Origin: Candidatus Poribacteria bacterium
Lineage (GTDB): Bacteria > Poribacteria > WGA-4E > PCPOR2b
Direction of reading: 5' to 3'
DNA length: 64,000 bases
Assembly: GCA_965215015.1 (NCBI GenBank)
Contig: OZ244042.1
Location: forward strand, 5,216,001-5,280,000
Within the stretch, counting starts at the first letter, position 1. Each line of letters starts with the position of its first letter. Both the position numbers and the translations under genes were made by a program. The notes beneath the pieces were generated by a model. That model ran no database searches. It worked only from the letters and a program-made list of their open reading frames with translations, and was not told the DNA's origin. Below are positions 62,675 to 64,000 of this stretch, one piece after another.

Positions 62675-63145
62675 CAGCAATGACAGACGGTTGGACAACG
62701 CCCTGCCCATTGCCCCGGTAGGGCAACTGTGGTGAGACGGAAGCCACTGCTGGGATTTGTTAACATGAATGTTGTAAATCCCTAACACACTCTCGTCGGA
62801 GTGTGGGGAAACCGTTGCGGATTTTACCCCTGCTAACCGTTTGCTGCAGTACGACCGTCTCTATCTAAATGGGTTGAAACCTCAAACGCTTTTCTGCAAA
62901 AAAACGCTAAAGCGCATAGGGATATCCCTAAGCCCCTCCTCGGTCCCCCCGCAAGCGGGGCTGCAACCCACGGGCGGAGGGGAATGGGGTTTACTCTTAA
63001 AGGATTTTTGATAAACCCTTGAACGGTGCGGAAACACTATCCTTACCAACTTGCCCCACAGGTCAATTAGGGGCTGGGGTATAGATCTGGACTATGCGAA
63101 AATTATCAGTAGGACTTAGTCTGAAAGTGTGAAAAAGGAGTGGGA

Positions 63146-64000
63146 ATGGCTGAACAACGGGAGGAGATTCTGGCACGCGGCAGTTATTTTCCCGGCGACT
63201 GGGTGCGTCCACGGTACAATCCCGGCACATGGATGGCAATGGTGGATCTGGCCGAGATTTTCACAGGGCACCGCAGCACAACCCGTCAGGGAAACTACGA
63301 AATGTTCGATGCACCCATTGGTGTGGGTTTACGGGTGGAAGCGGCAGAGAAATCGGAGCCGTTTTTAACTCCTGAAAAGGAGTGGGAAACCGAGGATACT
63401 GCCTACCCTAGTTATATCTGGCGCGAAGATGGGCGGCTTCATATGCTGTACAACGTAGGTGAGAGGACCTGTCTCGCTGTCAGCGATGATGGCTACGAAT
63501 GGGATCGACCGGTGCTCGGGCAGACTGCGTTTAATGGTTCGACGGACAACAATATCCTCAAGACACCGTTACAGGCGAGCATTTTTGAAGATCCGTCCGC
63601 CCCACCTGCCGAACGCTACAAAGCGTTGGAAGCGAAGGGATTCTGGCTTGACCGAGAGACCGGCGAGGAGGTCGATTCCGATGAAGCTGACAGATGTTGG
63701 CGTGCTGAGCACTACGAGGGTCGATCCTACACCGGGCGCAAGGTGGTTCTGAAGGGACAGCTACTCGGTTTGACCTCGCCGGATCGGCTGACTTGGACGC
63801 GTCTGCCGGAGCCTCTCGCTAGCTACTCGGTGAACGGTGGGATTTGTCCGGGGTACGATGCCCATAATGGCGTCTATTTTGCGTTCATACAGCCTCAAGG
63901 GGTTGCCCCGTCTGAGCCGCAAGCCTTGGGTGCTAGTATGCCTGAGACGGAGGTAGTGCGCCGTGCTATCGGACTGACACGGACACGGGACTTCCGCAAT
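63146..64000 (+). CDS. Hypothetical beta-propeller protein, glycoside hydrolase clan GH32/GH43-like (runs off window end)
   Basis: Open frame from ATG 63146 (AAGGAG RBS): PEKEWE, HMLY, CLAVSDDGYEWDRP.LG, IFEDPSAPPAERYKA, TSPD.LTW. Confidence 0.75.
   Translation, partial: MAEQREEILARGSYFPGDWVRPRYNPGTWMAMVDLAEIFTGHRSTTRQGNYEMFDAPIGVGLRVEAAEKSEPFLTPEKEWETEDTAYPSYIWREDGRLHMLYNVGERTCLAVSDDGYEWDRPVLGQTAFNGSTDNNILKTPLQASIFEDPSAPPAERYKALEAKGFWLDRETGEEVDSDEADRCWRAEHYEGRSYTGRKVVLKGQLLGLTSPDRLTWTRLPEPLASYSVNGGICPGYDAHNGVYFAFIQPQGVAPSEPQALGASMPETEVVRRAIGLTRTRDFRN

Noticed and set aside
62705-62755. Cobalamin riboswitch (GCAACTGT...AAGCCACTG resemblance)
   Set aside because: Lacks the AGGGAA and B12-box elements; kept only as an unknown structured RNA candidate.

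Overview
Bacterial chromosomal window of about 50% GC. The organism is most likely Candidatus Poribacteria or a related lineage. This is an inference from two secreted proteins ending in the 'NxPNPFNPETWIPYQL...AAYWxG...RKMxILK' domain and from the sulfatase/PhyH/Gfo-Idh-MocA/aldo-keto-reductase-rich gene content. About 45 CDS are present: housekeeping and metabolic genes (cinA, murJ, TrmJ-like, fabV, mazG x2, ggt, cstA, RidA family, HAD, sulfatase, SSS symporter); a formate dehydrogenase that the ORF track splits at an in-frame UGA followed by an fdhF-type SECIS (selenoprotein); an Rpn nuclease with an internal ribosome-binding site; a DNA methyltransferase with an Mrr-like tail; an orphan membrane/secreted-protein cluster; a cohesin/dockerin-bearing secreted pair (spondin protein plus metallopeptidase); and a DUF2089 + three DUF4097 beta-solenoid cluster. 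Intergenic DNA is dense with repeats: GTAG-type REP palindromes, MITE-like elements, tnpB and IS4-like remnants, octamer arrays, and a tandem array of ~204-bp units at 52.76-53.62 kb. No rRNA, tRNA or CRISPR array was recognised. Three frameshifts fall in G/C homopolymers and may be sequencing artefacts. All family assignments come from motif recognition by eye, not database searches.
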